The translations under genes were made by a program, and so were the position numbers. A stretch of 64,000 bases of DNA from Blastocladiella emersonii ATCC 22665 (lineage: Eukaryota; Fungi; Blastocladiomycota). Of the stretch, positions 32,525 through 45,135 are shown piece by piece (position 1 is the stretch's first letter; each line of letters opens with the position of its first letter). Under the pieces are notes generated by a model. The model searched no databases. It was not told the DNA's origin and saw only the letters and a list, made by a program, of their open reading frames with translations. The DNA lies in contig JANHCV010000015.1 of the NCBI GenBank assembly GCA_025594325.1, positions 744,001 through 808,000 on the forward strand. Direction: 5' to 3'.

Positions 32525-33664
32525 TTTTTGATGTAGATGAGCTTGGTACGTGGGACAAAACTCCAGGGAGAGAACAAGCCTAGGCCTGGATGGACCGCCG
32601 TGTTGAGGAGGCTGCCGTGGGGGCAGGGCGGAGAGAGGCGGCTGGTCTGCGCAACGCTGGTTGGCTGCAGGTCAGCTGACCACTTGCATCACTCTGTAAC
32701 GCGTCTCGGTTCGCTTCGCCTGGTCGCCAACGGTTCTCCCCCTCGCTCCCGCGTCCGAGCAATGTATCTTCTGGGTTATGGATCTTGCAGGGAGCTCCCA
32801 GGATGGGCAGCACACGGTCTTCGCTCGCTCGGTCCGACTCTGGGACGCCCGTCACCCCCCGTGGGCGGCTATGGTGGCCAGCTGGGGACGGCATCGCGTG
32901 AGGGGTCAGCGACGCGGCCGAGCGCCGGAGAGACGGGTTGCGGACTATGTCCGCCCCGATTAGCGCGTGCGACGCGACGCGACGCAGGGGAGCTGTGTGT
33001 GCAGGCCAGAATCGCCCGGTGTAAAGCGAGCGCGACGGGCAGCCTTCCCGTACCTCACCACGGTGATGTGACGGACGACGCCGCGCGCAGCCGCCGACTC
33101 GGGCGACGGCCATCGTGATCAGCGTCCGCACGCGACGCGCGCCGGTGAGACGGTGCGGGCAGCGGACTAGCCCCTTTGCTTCCTTCTCGCACGCCGGCAG
33201 TCGTGCTTGGGCCGTCTTCGTATGCGTACTGGTCGTCGCGGCGCCCTGCACGCAGACGCGGGATTGGGCTCGGGTTCCAGACAGCCGAGGTCGCCCCGCG
33301 GGCGGTCGCGGACCCGGCGGCCACTCTCGAGAGGCCGATGCCCGCTAGCGGCGATGGAAGTCGGACGCTAAGTCGGACGCGGCGCTGAGCTCAACTGTAC
33401 GCACCAACCTTCGCTTCGCGCTGGCTTCGGTGCGACGCACTCGTCTCGGCCGACCTTGAGTGGCCTGAGACACGACACTTCAGCAGCTTGCCACGCACGA
33501 CGGCGGCGACGGACTGAGCGCGCACGTCGCGTCTAGCGTCCTCGTGAGGGATACGCGCTCTCCCACCAGTGTTGACCAACATGTCCCCGCGCTCGCTCAA
33601 GTCGCGATCATTTGCGAACCGGTATATGTATTACAGAGCAACCCACGGCCCAGCCGCCTAGCGC

Positions 33665-34972
33665 CTAGAGCCGCGTCGACGGCGCGTCGAGAATGACACG
33701 CTCCACGACGAGCGCGCTAGCGCCGCCGCCGCCGTTGCAGATCCCCGCGGCGCCGATCCGGGCGTTCTTGTGGTTGAGCACGGTGCAGAGGGTCGCGACG
33801 ATGCGGGCGCCCGAGCACCCGAGCGGGTGGCCGAGGGCGACGGCGCCGCCGAGCACGTTGACCTTATCCGTGCTCACGCCGAGGATGTGAGTGTTGGCGA
33901 GGGCGACGCAGGCGAAGGCCTCGTTGAGCTCAAAGAAGTCGACCTGGTCGACCGTCATCCCAGCCTTGGCGAGGGCCTTGGGGAGGGCGACGGCGGGGGT
34001 GGTGGTGAACTTGACGGGCTCCTGCTCGGCGTCGGCGGCGGCGAGGAGCTTGAAGACGGCGGCGCCCTTGCTGACGCGGCCGGCGGCGAGGAGCTGCTGG
34101 AGCTTGTGGCCCGAGACGAGGACGACGGCGGCGGCGCCGTCCGAGAGCGGCGACGAGTTGGCGGCCGTGATGGTGCCCTGCGCGTCAAACGACGGGCGCA
34201 GCGCGCGCAGCTTGTCGGGGTGCAGGTTCGTCACCTCGTCGTCGGCCGTCACCGTCTTGGGCGGCTTGCCCTTGCCCGTGGCCACCTCGACGGGGATGAT
34301 CTCGGCGAAGAGGCCGTCGCGGGTCGCCGCCTGCGCGCGCGTGTACGACTCGATGGCGTAGTCGTCCTGCTGCGCGCGCGTGAGCGCGTAGTCCTTGACC
34401 GTGGACTCGGCGGCGACGCCCATGGCGTACTGGCCGAACGCGTCGGTGAGCCCGTCGACGGCGAGGGCGTCGACGATCTCGGCGGTGCCGTACTTGACGC
34501 CGGCGCGCGCCTTGGGGAACAGGTGCGGGGCGTTGGTCATGGACTCGGTGCCGCCGGCGACGGCGACGTGCGTGTCTCCGAGGCGGATCGACTGCGCGGC
34601 GAGGGCGATGGCCTTGAGGCCCGACGCGCACACCTTGTTGACGGTGGTGGCGGGGACCGTGACGGGGAGGCCGGCGTGGACCGCGACCTGGCGCGCCGGG
34701 TTCTGGCCGTTGCCGGCCGAGATGACGTTGCCAAAGTACACCTCGTCGACCTCGGCGGGCTCGATGCCCGAGCGCGCGAGCACGCCCTGCACGGCGCGCT
34801 TGCCGAGCTCGACGGCGGTCAGCGAGGCGAGCGACCCGAGGAACCCGCCGATCGGCGTGCGGCCGACGGCGAGGATGAAGACGTCTGGACGAGAGGGAGG
34901 CGTTTAGGACGGGTGTGCGCAAGTTGCATGGTGCGTGAGGCAGATACCGTTGGAGGCAAAGTTGGTGGCCAT
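33665..34972 (-). CDS. ERG10: Acetyl-CoA C-acetyltransferase (thiolase II); exons 34972-34948 and 34884-33665
   Basis: VGRTPIGGF, NKVCASG (catalytic Cys), FELNEAF, GAVALGHPLGCSGARI, GICNGGGGA; spliced length 1245 nt. Confidence 0.93.
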
Positions 34973-35661
34973 GGTGGGAGTAACGGGCATGGATGGAGAG
35001 CGGGGACGGGGCGCGGGGGGTGCCGGCGCGTTATATAGTCTACGGCTCCGAGGGTCAGCGACACGGCGGGCGCCAGGGTGTGGGGACGGCGCAGCACAGC
35101 AGCTCCGTCAGGAGCACGCGTCCGGCGCGCCCTTTGATACGAAAGGCGCCTCGCATGCGACGCGATCATTGGTCCGCTAAAAACCCTCACGCGACCCAAT
35201 TCTGGCCGTGAGAAGCGCGGGGCGCCTCCGCATAGCGTTATCCGCGCGTGAAAAGCTTGCGGGACGAGGCGGGGCGGCGAGTCATCGGCACGCGGTGGCG
35301 GGACGCGTGCTCCGTGCCGTGTGCATGCGGGTGGTCGCGCACCTTGGAGGAGGAGGTGGTCGAGCAAGGCTCAAGGGAGAGGAGACAGAGCGACCGCGCC
35401 ACCATCAACCGCAACCGTGAGTGCATCCCCAACCTTGAGCGCCGGGGAAAGGCCGAGCGGCCGGCGCTCGATCGGCGCACACGCGAACGTGAGTGGCGGC
35501 GCCCTTGCCGAAAACCGCGCGGCTGATGTCACCTGACGCGCGTTTGCGGCGCGACGCGTCGGGCTTCGCGTCTCTCGTCTCGTCGCATCGCTCCTCTTGT
35601 CGTCGTCGCGCCGTGAGACTCGCTGGATGAATCGCATGCACCGCCGCCACCACCCGCAACC

Positions 35662-37176
35662 ATGATCAGCGGCATCTTCCTCTTCAACTACAAGGGCGAG
35701 GTGCTCATCTCGCGCACCTTCCGCCCCGACATCAAGTACCGTTCGCCCACTCCCGCACACCCCCCTCACCACAACGAACCTAACACGTCTCACCCATGAC
35801 CTAGGCGGTCGACGGCGGACCTGTTCCGGATCCACGTCATCACGGCGCCGCAGATCCGGTCGCCCGTGACCGTGGTCGGTAACCTGTCTTTCTTTCACGT
35901 CAAGCACGAGAACATCTACGTGGTCGCTGCGGCGCGCACCAACGTGAACGTGGCCGTGGCCTTCGAGTTCTGCAACAAGCTGATCGCGCTGGGCGAGTCG
36001 TACTTTGGCAAGTTCAACGAGGACGCGGTCAAGGCCAACTTCACGCTCATCTACGAGCTGCTCGAGGAGATCATGGATTTCGGCGTGCCGCAGCTGTCGG
36101 ACGCCGACACACTCAAAATGTACATCACCACCGAGAGCGTGCGGTCCGAGGCCGTGCAGCCGACCGACGCGTCCAAGATCACCATCCAGGCCACGGGCGC
36201 GACGTCGTGGCGCCGCCCCGATATCAAGTACCGCCGCAACGAGGTCTTCATCGACGTGATCGAGGAGGTCAACCTGCTCGTCTCGAACAAGAGCGCCACG
36301 CTCAGCGCCGACGTCGCGGGAACCATCAAGGTCAAGGCATTCCTCTCGGGCACCCCCGAGTGCCGCTTCGGGCTCAACGAGCGCGCCTCGCTCGAGCGCG
36401 ACCCCAACTCGTCGGGCGGTGCTGCGGCGGCTGCTGGCGCCAACACCGGGTACGCTTGTTTCGATCGATGATCCGCGACTACTGCTAACCACCCCACACA
36501 ATCTAGCGGCCCCAAGAAACTCGTCGAGATCGACGACTTCCAGTTCCACCAGTGCGTGAAGCTGGGCCGGTTCGACGCGGAGCGCACCATCTCGTTCATC
36601 CCGCCCGACGGCGAGTTTGACCTGATGCGGTACCGCGCCACCGAGGGGCTCAGCATGCCCTTCAAGGTCCACCCGGTCGTCAACTACATATCGCAGACCC
36701 GCCTCGAGTACAAGATCAACCTGCGCTCGCAGTTCCCGCGCAAGTTCACCGCGTCGGGCCTCGTCATCAAGATCCCGACCCCGCCCAACACGGTCGCCGT
36801 CAACGGGCTCGGCAACTTTGCCAACGGGCACGGCAAGGCCAAGTATGTCGCGGGCGAGAACTGTATCGTCTGGAAGTACGTACACCCCCTTTCCCTCGTC
36901 CGTCGTCGCGCGGGTGCTGACCGTCCCCGCAAAACTAGGATCCCGCGCATGACGGGCAACGTCGAAATGGACCTGAACGCCGAGGCCGAGCTGTCGGCGA
37001 CGTTCGACAAGAAGGCGTGGTCGCGGCCGCCCATCTCGCTCGACTTCACCGTGGCCATGTTCACCGTGTCGGGCGCGCACGTGCGGTTCCTCAAGGTGTT
37101 TGAGAAGTCGGGCTACGACACGGTCAAGTGGGTCCGGTACCACTCCAAGGCGGGCAACTACCAGTTCCGCTTCTAA
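35662..37176 (+). CDS. APM4: AP-2 complex subunit mu; exons 35662-35735, 35805-36449, 36507-36875, 36939-37176
   Basis: MISGIFLFNYKGEVLISR, SWRRPDIKYRRNEVFIDVIE, FHQCVKL...SFIPPDGEFDLMRYR, KWVRY; spliced length 1326 nt. Confidence 0.95.
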
Positions 37177-37213
37177 TGATTTGGGGGGATTGACATATAT
37201 CGACTTGTTGTTG

Positions 37214-38454
37214 TTACGCGTCAATGGGCCGGAACGGGAACAACGACCCGAACTTGACGTGCTGCACGATCGGGAACTTGGACAGCACCTCGGCCACGTA
37301 CATTTTCAGCATCCCGCCGTTCACCTTGGCCCACTGCGCGACACCGGAAATGTCGTACAGGATCGGCGAGTGCTCGAAGAACGGGCCCTGCTTGGTCTAC
37401 ACTCCCGCAATGTGAGTGCTCGTGAGCGACGGCGGCGCCACGCGAAGCGTACCCGGTAGATGTAGTCGATGCAGCCAAAGTACAGGTAGTCCTTGGCAAA
37501 GTGCTCGGCCTGCTCCTTGTCCGTGACGGCGCTCGGCTTCAGGTGCTTGTGGTCTACTCCCACGCACAATGTCAGCACCCCACCCCGCTCGCCTCCCGCA
37601 AAAGACGACGTACCAATGAGCTGCGCGCTGCCCCAGTAGTACGGCACAAACTGGAAATCGTCGAGCCCCCAGACGCCGTGGGACCCAGCAGGCTCGAGCG
37701 TGTACGTGGTCTGGAGCCGGCGCACGACGCCGAGGTACCGCGCCATGGCGACGAGCGCGATGCCCGCAAACACGTCCTTCACCTCCCCCTCCTCCCCCTC
37801 CGCGTGGGTCCCAAAGAACCCGACGAGCTCGAGCCCGCCGAGAAAGTGCACGAACGCGAGCTCGTGCCCACTGCCATAATCGAGCCGCGTCGCGTTGCCG
37901 AACGCGTCAACGAGGTACGCCGCGAGTTCGGGCACCGCGTCCCGCAAACCGTCGCCGACGAGGGCCGCGACCAGCCGCTCCGCCTCGTCCGCCAGCTTGC
38001 CGAGGAACACGCGGAACGTGCGGTTCCCGAACCGCCCCTGCTGCGGCTCGGGCGGGATCGCGCTGATCCACCCGTCGAGCGTGTCGAGGAGCGCTACGAC
38101 GCTACGCACGGGCTGCATCTCGGCACGGTCCATGACCGCGTGGATTGAGCTCGCGGTCCGCCCCGCGCACGCCTGGTTGACGGCCTGCACGAACCACATG
38201 GTGCGCACAAACGCCTCGGACTGCAGCCACGGCGCCACGTCGTCGGCGCGCAGGATCGCGCGGTCCGGCACGCGGCACGACGAGGCGGGTTGGAGGCCGC
38301 GACGCGGGACCGTGGCGAGCGGGGCGTGCGCGAGGGGAGTCGAGGCGGACGGTGACTGTTTTGCCAGGAGCGACGGGTGCACGGGCGTCCCGCCCGCGGT
38401 CGGGATCGCGCCGCGCAGCGTCGGGTTGCTGCTGCCCAGGTTGGAGTGCATCAT
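37214..38454 (-). CDS. PTPA: Serine/threonine phosphatase 2A activator (PTPA, Rrd1/Rrd2 family), two introns
   Basis: [74 protein letters not shown]. Confidence 0.95.
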
Positions 38455-38586
38455 GAGGTTACGTTGCAGAGTGGGTGGGGGCGGGGAGAGCGGGGGCTGC
38501 TGGCGACTGAGGCGGGGCGACTTGACTTGACCGCCGCGTCGCCGCCGCCTTCGTATCCGATTCTCCCTCACCGACCCCTCACTGCC

Positions 38587-39495
38587 ATGAATCCTGACGC
38601 AACACCAATGAATCCCGGCGCACCAACCCCCGGCAACCCGTCCACTACCGCCGGTGGCGGCGACAAACTCCCCGCGTCGCACCTCCCGGCCGCTCTCGCC
38701 GCCCTCCTCGCCTCACTTTCCGCATCACCCTCGCCGCACACGCCGCACACGACCCGCGCCGCGGTCCCCGCCGTCTGGCTTCCCTCTCTCTCGCGCGCGC
38801 GCGTCGCGCAACCGCGCGGCTCGGTGCTCCCGCGCATGGGCCAGCGCGAGCGCGGCGGGAACGCGCGGGTGCTGTGGCCCGAGGAGACGCTTTACCTCGT
38901 CGAGCGCGGGGACCTCGATCTTGTCACGGAGGGCGAGGCGGGTGGGGAGCGGTACGGCGCGGCCGAGTGGCGCGCACGGATCGGGGTTGAACTAGAGCGC
39001 GCCGTCGTGTACGCGCAGGTCAAGGCGGCGGGGTTCATTGTCGCGCGCGCGGGGATGGGGTTCGTCGTTGAAGCGGAAGCGAGGGATGAGCCGCCGGCGC
39101 GGAAGGTTGAAAAAGGTGGATGGCTTGCGCTCGTCGTCGCAAGGCTCACGTTCCTCGCCGTACTCGCCCGGACGTGGGTCCCAGCACCGTTGCTCGAGCG
39201 CGCCGAGTCGGTCGCGCGGTCGCTGCTCCTCCCGCCTTCCCTGCCCAACTCACCTTCAACGTCACCTCGCGCGCCGCCGCAGTGGACGTACGACGTGTGG
39301 AAGCCGCGCCCGTCGTTCAAGCCGACGCAGCCGGGCCCGCCCGACTTTCGCGTGCTCGTGGCCCGCGGGGACTTGCCCGTCGCGATCCCGGCGGGCGAGG
39401 GAGAGGAGGGGGTGCCCGTGATCCTCGCGCTCGTGACGCAGGGGAGTGTCGCGTACTACGATATCGCGCCGAGAGCAGCGGTGACGTTGCAGTGA
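38587..39495 (+). CDS. SEN54: tRNA-splicing endonuclease subunit Sen54
   Basis: VAQPRGSVLPRMG...LWPEETLYLVERGDL, VYAQVKAAGFIVAR and YDVWKPRPSFKPTQPGPPDFRV match the Sen54 pattern. Confidence 0.8.
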   Translation: MNPDATPMNPGAPTPGNPSTTAGGGDKLPASHLPAALAALLASLSASPSPHTPHTTRAAVPAVWLPSLSRARVAQPRGSVLPRMGQRERGGNARVLWPEETLYLVERGDLDLVTEGEAGGERYGAAEWRARIGVELERAVVYAQVKAAGFIVARAGMGFVVEAEARDEPPARKVEKGGWLALVVARLTFLAVLARTWVPAPLLERAESVARSLLLPPSLPNSPSTSPRAPPQWTYDVWKPRPSFKPTQPGPPDFRVLVARGDLPVAIPAGEGEEGVPVILALVTQGSVAYYDIAPRAAVTLQ

Positions 39496-39717
39496 TGGGT
39501 ATATATTGTGTGCATGCTTGGATGTTCGAGATGGGTAAACGGGGCGACGTCGACACGAGGAGAGCGGCGAGCGGTCGTCGCGCGCGTCCGCGAGTATCGG
39601 GTCGAAGTTGCAGTCGTAACGGAACCTGTACGACGACGATGCTCGACCCCCGTGCCGCTCGCCGCGCGCGCGTGGCAGCGTACAACGGAACGGGTCGCTC
39701 GGCAACCGCTCCGATCC

Positions 39718-39960
39718 CTATCTGGCCCGTAACGTAACACCACACGTCTCGACGCTCGCGACCATGGCAGGGTCGCCGACCATCCCCACCCGCACTGCGT
39801 GTGAAAAGAGCGCGACGGCCTCGATCTTGTGCCACGACGCCCACGGCACCGTGACGATCCGCCGCGCCAACTCGGCCGACTTGCGCCACGGCTGCCCGCG
39901 CTGCGGCGTGACCTTCTCGGCGAGCCACCGCTTGCGCGCCCGCGCTGCGCCACCAACGTG
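39718..39960 (-). pseudogene. Orphan fragment paralogous to the C-terminus of the F-box protein at 11200-13035
   Basis: RWLAEKVTPQRGQPWRKSAELARRIVTVPWASWHKIEAV aligns with RWLAENVTTLRGRPWRMSGDLVRRILTAPWASRHKVEVV. Confidence 0.85.
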
Positions 39961-40210
39961 ATTCCGCAACGCGTCTCTCGCCGCGAGACACGAGCGCCTT
40001 CGCGCAATCTGGCCATGACTTCCGCACTCCGCTTACACCCGAAGCAGCTCGAGACAAAACCTGGATCACGCGCGTGTGGGCGAAGCGGAGTGGGGAGAAG
40101 CCCGCAACCTCACGCTCACTTCGACGCCAACGGCACTCGCGACGTTACTGCAATGACAGCTATGTATTGTGCACATCTGTGTTGATCAAAAGCGGGTCAA
40201 GAGCGGTCGT

Positions 40211-41919
40211 CTAGAAGTATGGGGCACTATTGAGGCACAGATACGCTGGGACCATCTGGAACCCGCGCTCGCGGATGAGCGAGAAGACGGCGGGCGCGGC
40301 GGCGGCGGACTTCTGGTGGATGTCGTGCTGGAGCGTGATGAGCGACGTCGACGCCGGGTTCGTCAGGATGCTGCTGTAGTAGTCGACGATCGAGTCGGCT
40401 GTCGTCTCTACCGATTACGAAGCGATGCGGGCGTCAGCGGCTGCCTGATGGGACGGGAGCAGGGAGAATTGGAGCGTACCCTCGCGCCAATCGTTGCTGT
40501 CGCCGTTCCAGCCGATGGCGAGCAGGCCGTAGTTGTTGACTAGTGCGAGATGCGAGGGGGGGGGGAGTCAGTAAGGTGCTCCAACACGCCACGAGGCGAG
40601 CGCGGGCGCGTACTAATCTCCATGACCGCGGCGTTGACGCTGCCGTACGGCGGGCGGAAGAAGCTACACGCACACGCGGTCGCGCGATCGTTAGCCACGG
40701 CCACAAGAGGCACAGGAACCCCCGCTCATGCGTACCGAGGACGGACCCCAGCCGCCTTGAAGATCGACTCCGCCGTCGCCGTAATCTCGTACGCGACCTG
40801 GTCGGCGCTGAGCGTGACAAGGTCCGGGTGAAGATAGGAGTGCGACGCAATCTGGTGACCCTGGTTGAGGACGCGGAGTGCGATGTCGGGGAACGCGTCG
40901 ACGTTGGAGCCGATCATGAAGAAGGTGCCCTTGTACCCGGCCTGCGCGAGCAGGGCCAGGAACGCATCCGTCTGGCCGCCGTTCATGGGCCCGTCGTCGT
41001 TGGTGTAGGCCACGGCGCCCGGCCACCCGCACGTCACGATCAGCCCGTCGCCGTTGTACCCGATCTGCGGGTTCGTCAGCGACGACACGGGCGTCCACGA
41101 CCGGCTGTCGGCAGCGGGCGCCGGGTAGATGCCCGTCGGCGGCGTCTCGGGCGGCGTCACCGGCGTCGTGGTATCACCACCGCCCGACGATCCGCCGCCG
41201 CACGTCGAGAGGCCGGGAACGGCGACGCCGTCGCACTGCGACTGGCACCCGGCGCTGCAGTAGTCGGCGCCGGTCCCGCACCACCCGTACTGCGAGCAGC
41301 ACTGGCCCGAGGGGCACAGCTGCGTCGCCGAGCACTGCGTGGTGCCGGCGGGCTGCACGCACTGGCCGGCCGTTGAGCCCGAGCCGGTACCCGAACCGGA
41401 GCCCGAGCCGCCCGAGCCGGAGCCGGAGCCGCACGTCGGGAGGCCGAGGATGGGCGAGTTGTTGCACTGGCTCTGGCAGCCTAGACGAAAGACGTGGTGC
41501 ACCGTACGGTGTTAGTGGGTTGCTCTCTCCAGAAAGGAGACGGGCGGGCGGGGTGGGGTTGGGAACCGGTCGAGGCAGGCGCTGTGGCCGGGACACAAGC
41601 TGCGACGAGGAAGGTGTGCGCGGCGGCGAGCGGCGAGGCGAGGCCGGGGAGCGAACTTGATCGGGGCGATCGAATGACCGACCGGGCCGCGAACACCAAC
41701 AACGAGGCGTGAGGATGACATACCGTTGCCGCAGTACTCGGCGCTGGTGCCGCACCAGCCGTACTGGGAGCAGCACTGGCCGTCGGGGCACGCCTGGTCG
41801 GCCGAGCACTGGGTGGTGCCCGAGACGAGGACGCACGACTGGGCGTTGGCGACGGCCGCGACGGCGGCGAGGACGGCGAGCACGGTGGCCGTGACGCGGG
41901 TAGATGATACGCGGGTCAT
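40211..41919 (-). CDS. Secreted chitin/polysaccharide deacetylase (CE4, NodB) with two N-terminal CBM18 (hevein) domains, four introns
   Basis: Signal peptide; two CCSQYGWCG...YC..GCQSQC domains; CE4 motifs TNDDGP, HSYLH, RPPYG, DSNDW, LQHD. Confidence 0.92.
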
Positions 41920-43217
41920 GGTCGAGGGCAAACGAAAGGTGATCCGACGGGCGGAGCGGGAGGGAGATAGAAGGGGACGCGGTGGGTATAAGTAGGTCGG
42001 CGGGGCGTCCCCTGCCAAGCCCTGTTGCAAACGAGAACCCGGCGGGTCGACAGTATGGGAAACTCTGTTGTCGGGCAGGCCGCGGTCGGGGCCGTTGCAC
42101 CGTGCAACGGCAAGAACAAGGGCGACGGCGGTGCTGCGGTGCGATAAGTGGAGCGGCGGCAGCGGCAGCAACGGACACCGCAGCCGACGCGTGCCGACCA
42201 ATCATAGTCGCAGGCGGCGCGCCTCATTTTGGACAAGGGGCCGACCGCGTCGTAGTCCCCTCTCTCGAGCGGGGCAGCATGGCCCTCTCAGCACACGGCG
42301 ACCGGGACAAACGTTCAGATGACATCGAAAGTATATGTTGCATTGAGTTAGAGGCGGTTAAATTCAAATGCAGGCGGGCAGCGGGCGGGAACACAAGGCG
42401 GCGCGCGGGGTGCACCGGATCGGCGGGCCTCGCGGTCACGTGGTGCATTCCGGGGCATCAGCTGATTTCAGAACGCGTCGCGGTTTTCGCAGGCGAGACG
42501 CGCGGATCGGGCACGGGCGAGACGCGCGGATCCGCGGTCGTTGGTCGCCGGTGGCGAGGGCAGGCGGTCTCAGGCCGAGCCGTCGAGGTGAGCGGTGGTC
42601 GGAAGCAGCGGCGCATCCGCGTCGCCGACCTCCGGTTCGGCCTGCTGGGCGGGTCCGCAGCGGTCGTCACCGTCCGAGGATGCTTCCACGCCTTGTCGGT
42701 CATCTGCCGCGATGCCAATCCATCGACATCGACCACGCGTCATGGGAATGAACAGCATCGGGCGCCAGCGGCCCACGAAGGCAACACGCTCTGCCGGACG
42801 CCCGCTGGACAAGCTCCCGCCCTTTTCTCAGCGGCAAGCGCGGGAACCGTCGGCGAGGGGAACTTGGCCGCACAGCCGCGCCCTGAGCCGCGCCGGCGCG
42901 CTCCCCGTTCGCACAGGCTGATCCGGCGCCCGCCCGCTCGCGCTGAGCCACCTCCGTGTCCTCCCTCCAGCGGGAAGGTGCTCGCTCCACGAGCGAAGAG
43001 GAAGCAAGCAGCGAGCGCCGATCGCGTCGAGCTCGGCCGCCGGAAAAAGTCGGTGCTTCCCAAAGCGCACCGGATGCCCGCGCGCGTGCCCCCGTTTCAG
43101 GAAAGCGCTGCTGTAACGTTACTGCCACGTTCGCTCGGCCCGCTTCTGTCGTGGCCAGCGCTCTTCCTCTCATTGCGCCGCGCACAGCCGCTCGATTAGA
43201 CTCGCACACCTATTGCA

Positions 43218-44987
43218 ATGAAACCGCTACCCATACACCTCGCCTTGGCGCTCCTGCTCGCGCTCCTCCTCGCCGCCGCGCCCACCACCCGCGCCGCGTG
43301 GCCGCAGAACATGCGCGCGACCTTCATCGGCCCCGCGGCGCTGTACCTCCCGCGCGAGCGCAAGATCTACGTGTTCGGCGGGCGGCAGCTGATCTCGGAC
43401 ACGGTGGTCGTGGACCTGGACGAGGTGGCCGTCGTCGACCTGGCCGCCCCGATCGCCGACCTGGCCGACCCCATGTCGCCCGCTGTATCCCCGGCGCCCT
43501 TCAAGCTGCCGACCCCGGACTACTACATGACGGCGCTCGCGTACGCGGGCGGGCCGGGCGTGTACGAGGTGCGGCTGCTCGCGGGGCTCACGGCCAAGTC
43601 GGCCCCAATGAAGGTGTGGCGCGTGCCGGACCTGCTGCGCGCGACCTCCGTCGAGGTATCTCCGCGCCCGCCGTCCGCGAATGCGTCGCTCGCGATCATG
43701 AACCCGGCGTGGGCCGCGAGCACGGCGCCGTTCGAGCTGACGGGCGGGCTCGCGACCGACCCGAGCAGCTACCTTCTCGGGAACTGGACCAACGTCACGT
43801 CGACGCTGTGGCGGTTCGACCAGACGGGTCTGTCCGAAGTCGCCGTCTCGTCGCCCGACCGCCCGCTGCCGCGTGCGTGGACGTGCCTGCTGCGGTACGA
43901 CACGAACCGCCTCGTCCTCGCCGGCGGCAACGACGGGACCAACACGCAGCTGGCCGATATCTGGCTGTTCAGCATCCTGCCGCGCACGTGGGCGCGGTAC
44001 CCGCACCCCATGTCGGTCAAGCGCGACGACTTCCAGATGGCCGTGTACACGGCGCCCAGCGGCGCGCGGTTCCTGATCATCCTCGGCTACGTCCCGCCGC
44101 TGCTCGAGTACGTCGCCCTCGACAAGGGCACGCCGCCCGTCGTCCCCGTCATCGACAAGGCGGCCGCCGCGGGGCTGTCCGCGATCGCCGCCAACGCGCT
44201 GGTGGTGCACGACTCGCACCTTTTTGTCATTGGTGGTGTGCCGAAACACCTCATGAGCGCCATCAAGATCACGCCCAACGGCGACGAGCTCAGCTTCTCG
44301 TGGGTTCCGTCGTACACGCCGTCCTACTACAAGCCGCCTCAATCCAACGGCACCTCGTCCGCCGCCGCCGCAACACCAACCCCGCAGGGCGACGCGGTGC
44401 CTGTCGCCGCCATCATCGGCGCGTGCATCGGCGGCGTCGTTGCGCTCGCAGGCCTCGCCCTCGCCGCCGTCGTGTTCCGCCGCCGCACCGCCGACCACCG
44501 CCGCGACCGCGCCCAGCGCGACCTGCTCCTGCACGCGCTGATCGAGGAGCGCCGCGCGTCGAGCCACCCGGGGTCCAACTCGGAGATGGACGGCGGCGCG
44601 CGCACGCTCGTCTCGGTCCCCGGTTCGCGGCCCGGTACCACGCCGTCGGACGCGGGCGGCGGCGGCGCGAACCCGCTCCTGTCGCCGCAGCCCCAGCCGC
44701 CGCTCACGGCCGCGTCGAGCAACGACATGTCGCGCCTGTTCCTCCAGTGGGTGCACGAGCAGACGCGCGGGATGGCGACCGCGCCTTCGTCCGTTGACGG
44801 CAGCGCCACGGGGCCGCCGCCCATGACGCCGACGACAGCTGTCAACAGCGAGTATGGCCCGCCGCCGCAGGACGTGGAGGTGGCCGCGGGACAGCCGCCG
44901 GGAGCTGGGCGGGAGGAGGGCCGCGCTGAGGTCGATTCGATCACGCTGTACCTCCCGACGCAGACGAAGCTACGTGATGGGCAGTGA
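43218..44987 (+). CDS. Type I membrane protein with a Kelch-like beta-propeller ectodomain
   Basis: N-terminal signal peptide; Kelch-like IYVFGG, LVLAGG...DIWLF and LFVIGG; TM segment AAIIGACIGGVVALAGLALAAVVF followed by RRR. Confidence 0.8.
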   Translation: MKPLPIHLALALLLALLLAAAPTTRAAWPQNMRATFIGPAALYLPRERKIYVFGGRQLISDTVVVDLDEVAVVDLAAPIADLADPMSPAVSPAPFKLPTPDYYMTALAYAGGPGVYEVRLLAGLTAKSAPMKVWRVPDLLRATSVEVSPRPPSANASLAIMNPAWAASTAPFELTGGLATDPSSYLLGNWTNVTSTLWRFDQTGLSEVAVSSPDRPLPRAWTCLLRYDTNRLVLAGGNDGTNTQLADIWLFSILPRTWARYPHPMSVKRDDFQMAVYTAPSGARFLIILGYVPPLLEYVALDKGTPPVVPVIDKAAAAGLSAIAANALVVHDSHLFVIGGVPKHLMSAIKITPNGDELSFSWVPSYTPSYYKPPQSNGTSSAAAATPTPQGDAVPVAAIIGACIGGVVALAGLALAAVVFRRRTADHRRDRAQRDLLLHALIEERRASSHPGSNSEMDGGARTLVSVPGSRPGTTPSDAGGGGANPLLSPQPQPPLTAASSNDMSRLFLQWVHEQTRGMATAPSSVDGSATGPPPMTPTTAVNSEYGPPPQDVEVAAGQPPGAGREEGRAEVDSITLYLPTQTKLRDGQ

Positions 44988-45135
44988 GCTTGGTGGGAAA
45001 TATACTTAAAGTTGCGCTCACGCTGGCTGGCCGATGGGATCGACGCGTCGCGCGACGCGCCACTTGCGCACCGCCCTCAATCCACTCTCCCCTCACCACC
45101 CGCCCTACCATGTAACTTACACCACCAACAACAAG

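Noticed and set aside
33665-33676. Thiolase C-terminal TRL as a peroxisomal PTS1
   Set aside because: Thr at position -3 is non-canonical, so there is no support from sequence alone.
42492-42532. 17-bp direct repeat GGCGAGACGCGCGGATC x2 between the divergent deacetylase and Kelch genes
   Set aside because: Only two copies in CGCG-rich DNA, which cannot be separated from simple slippage.
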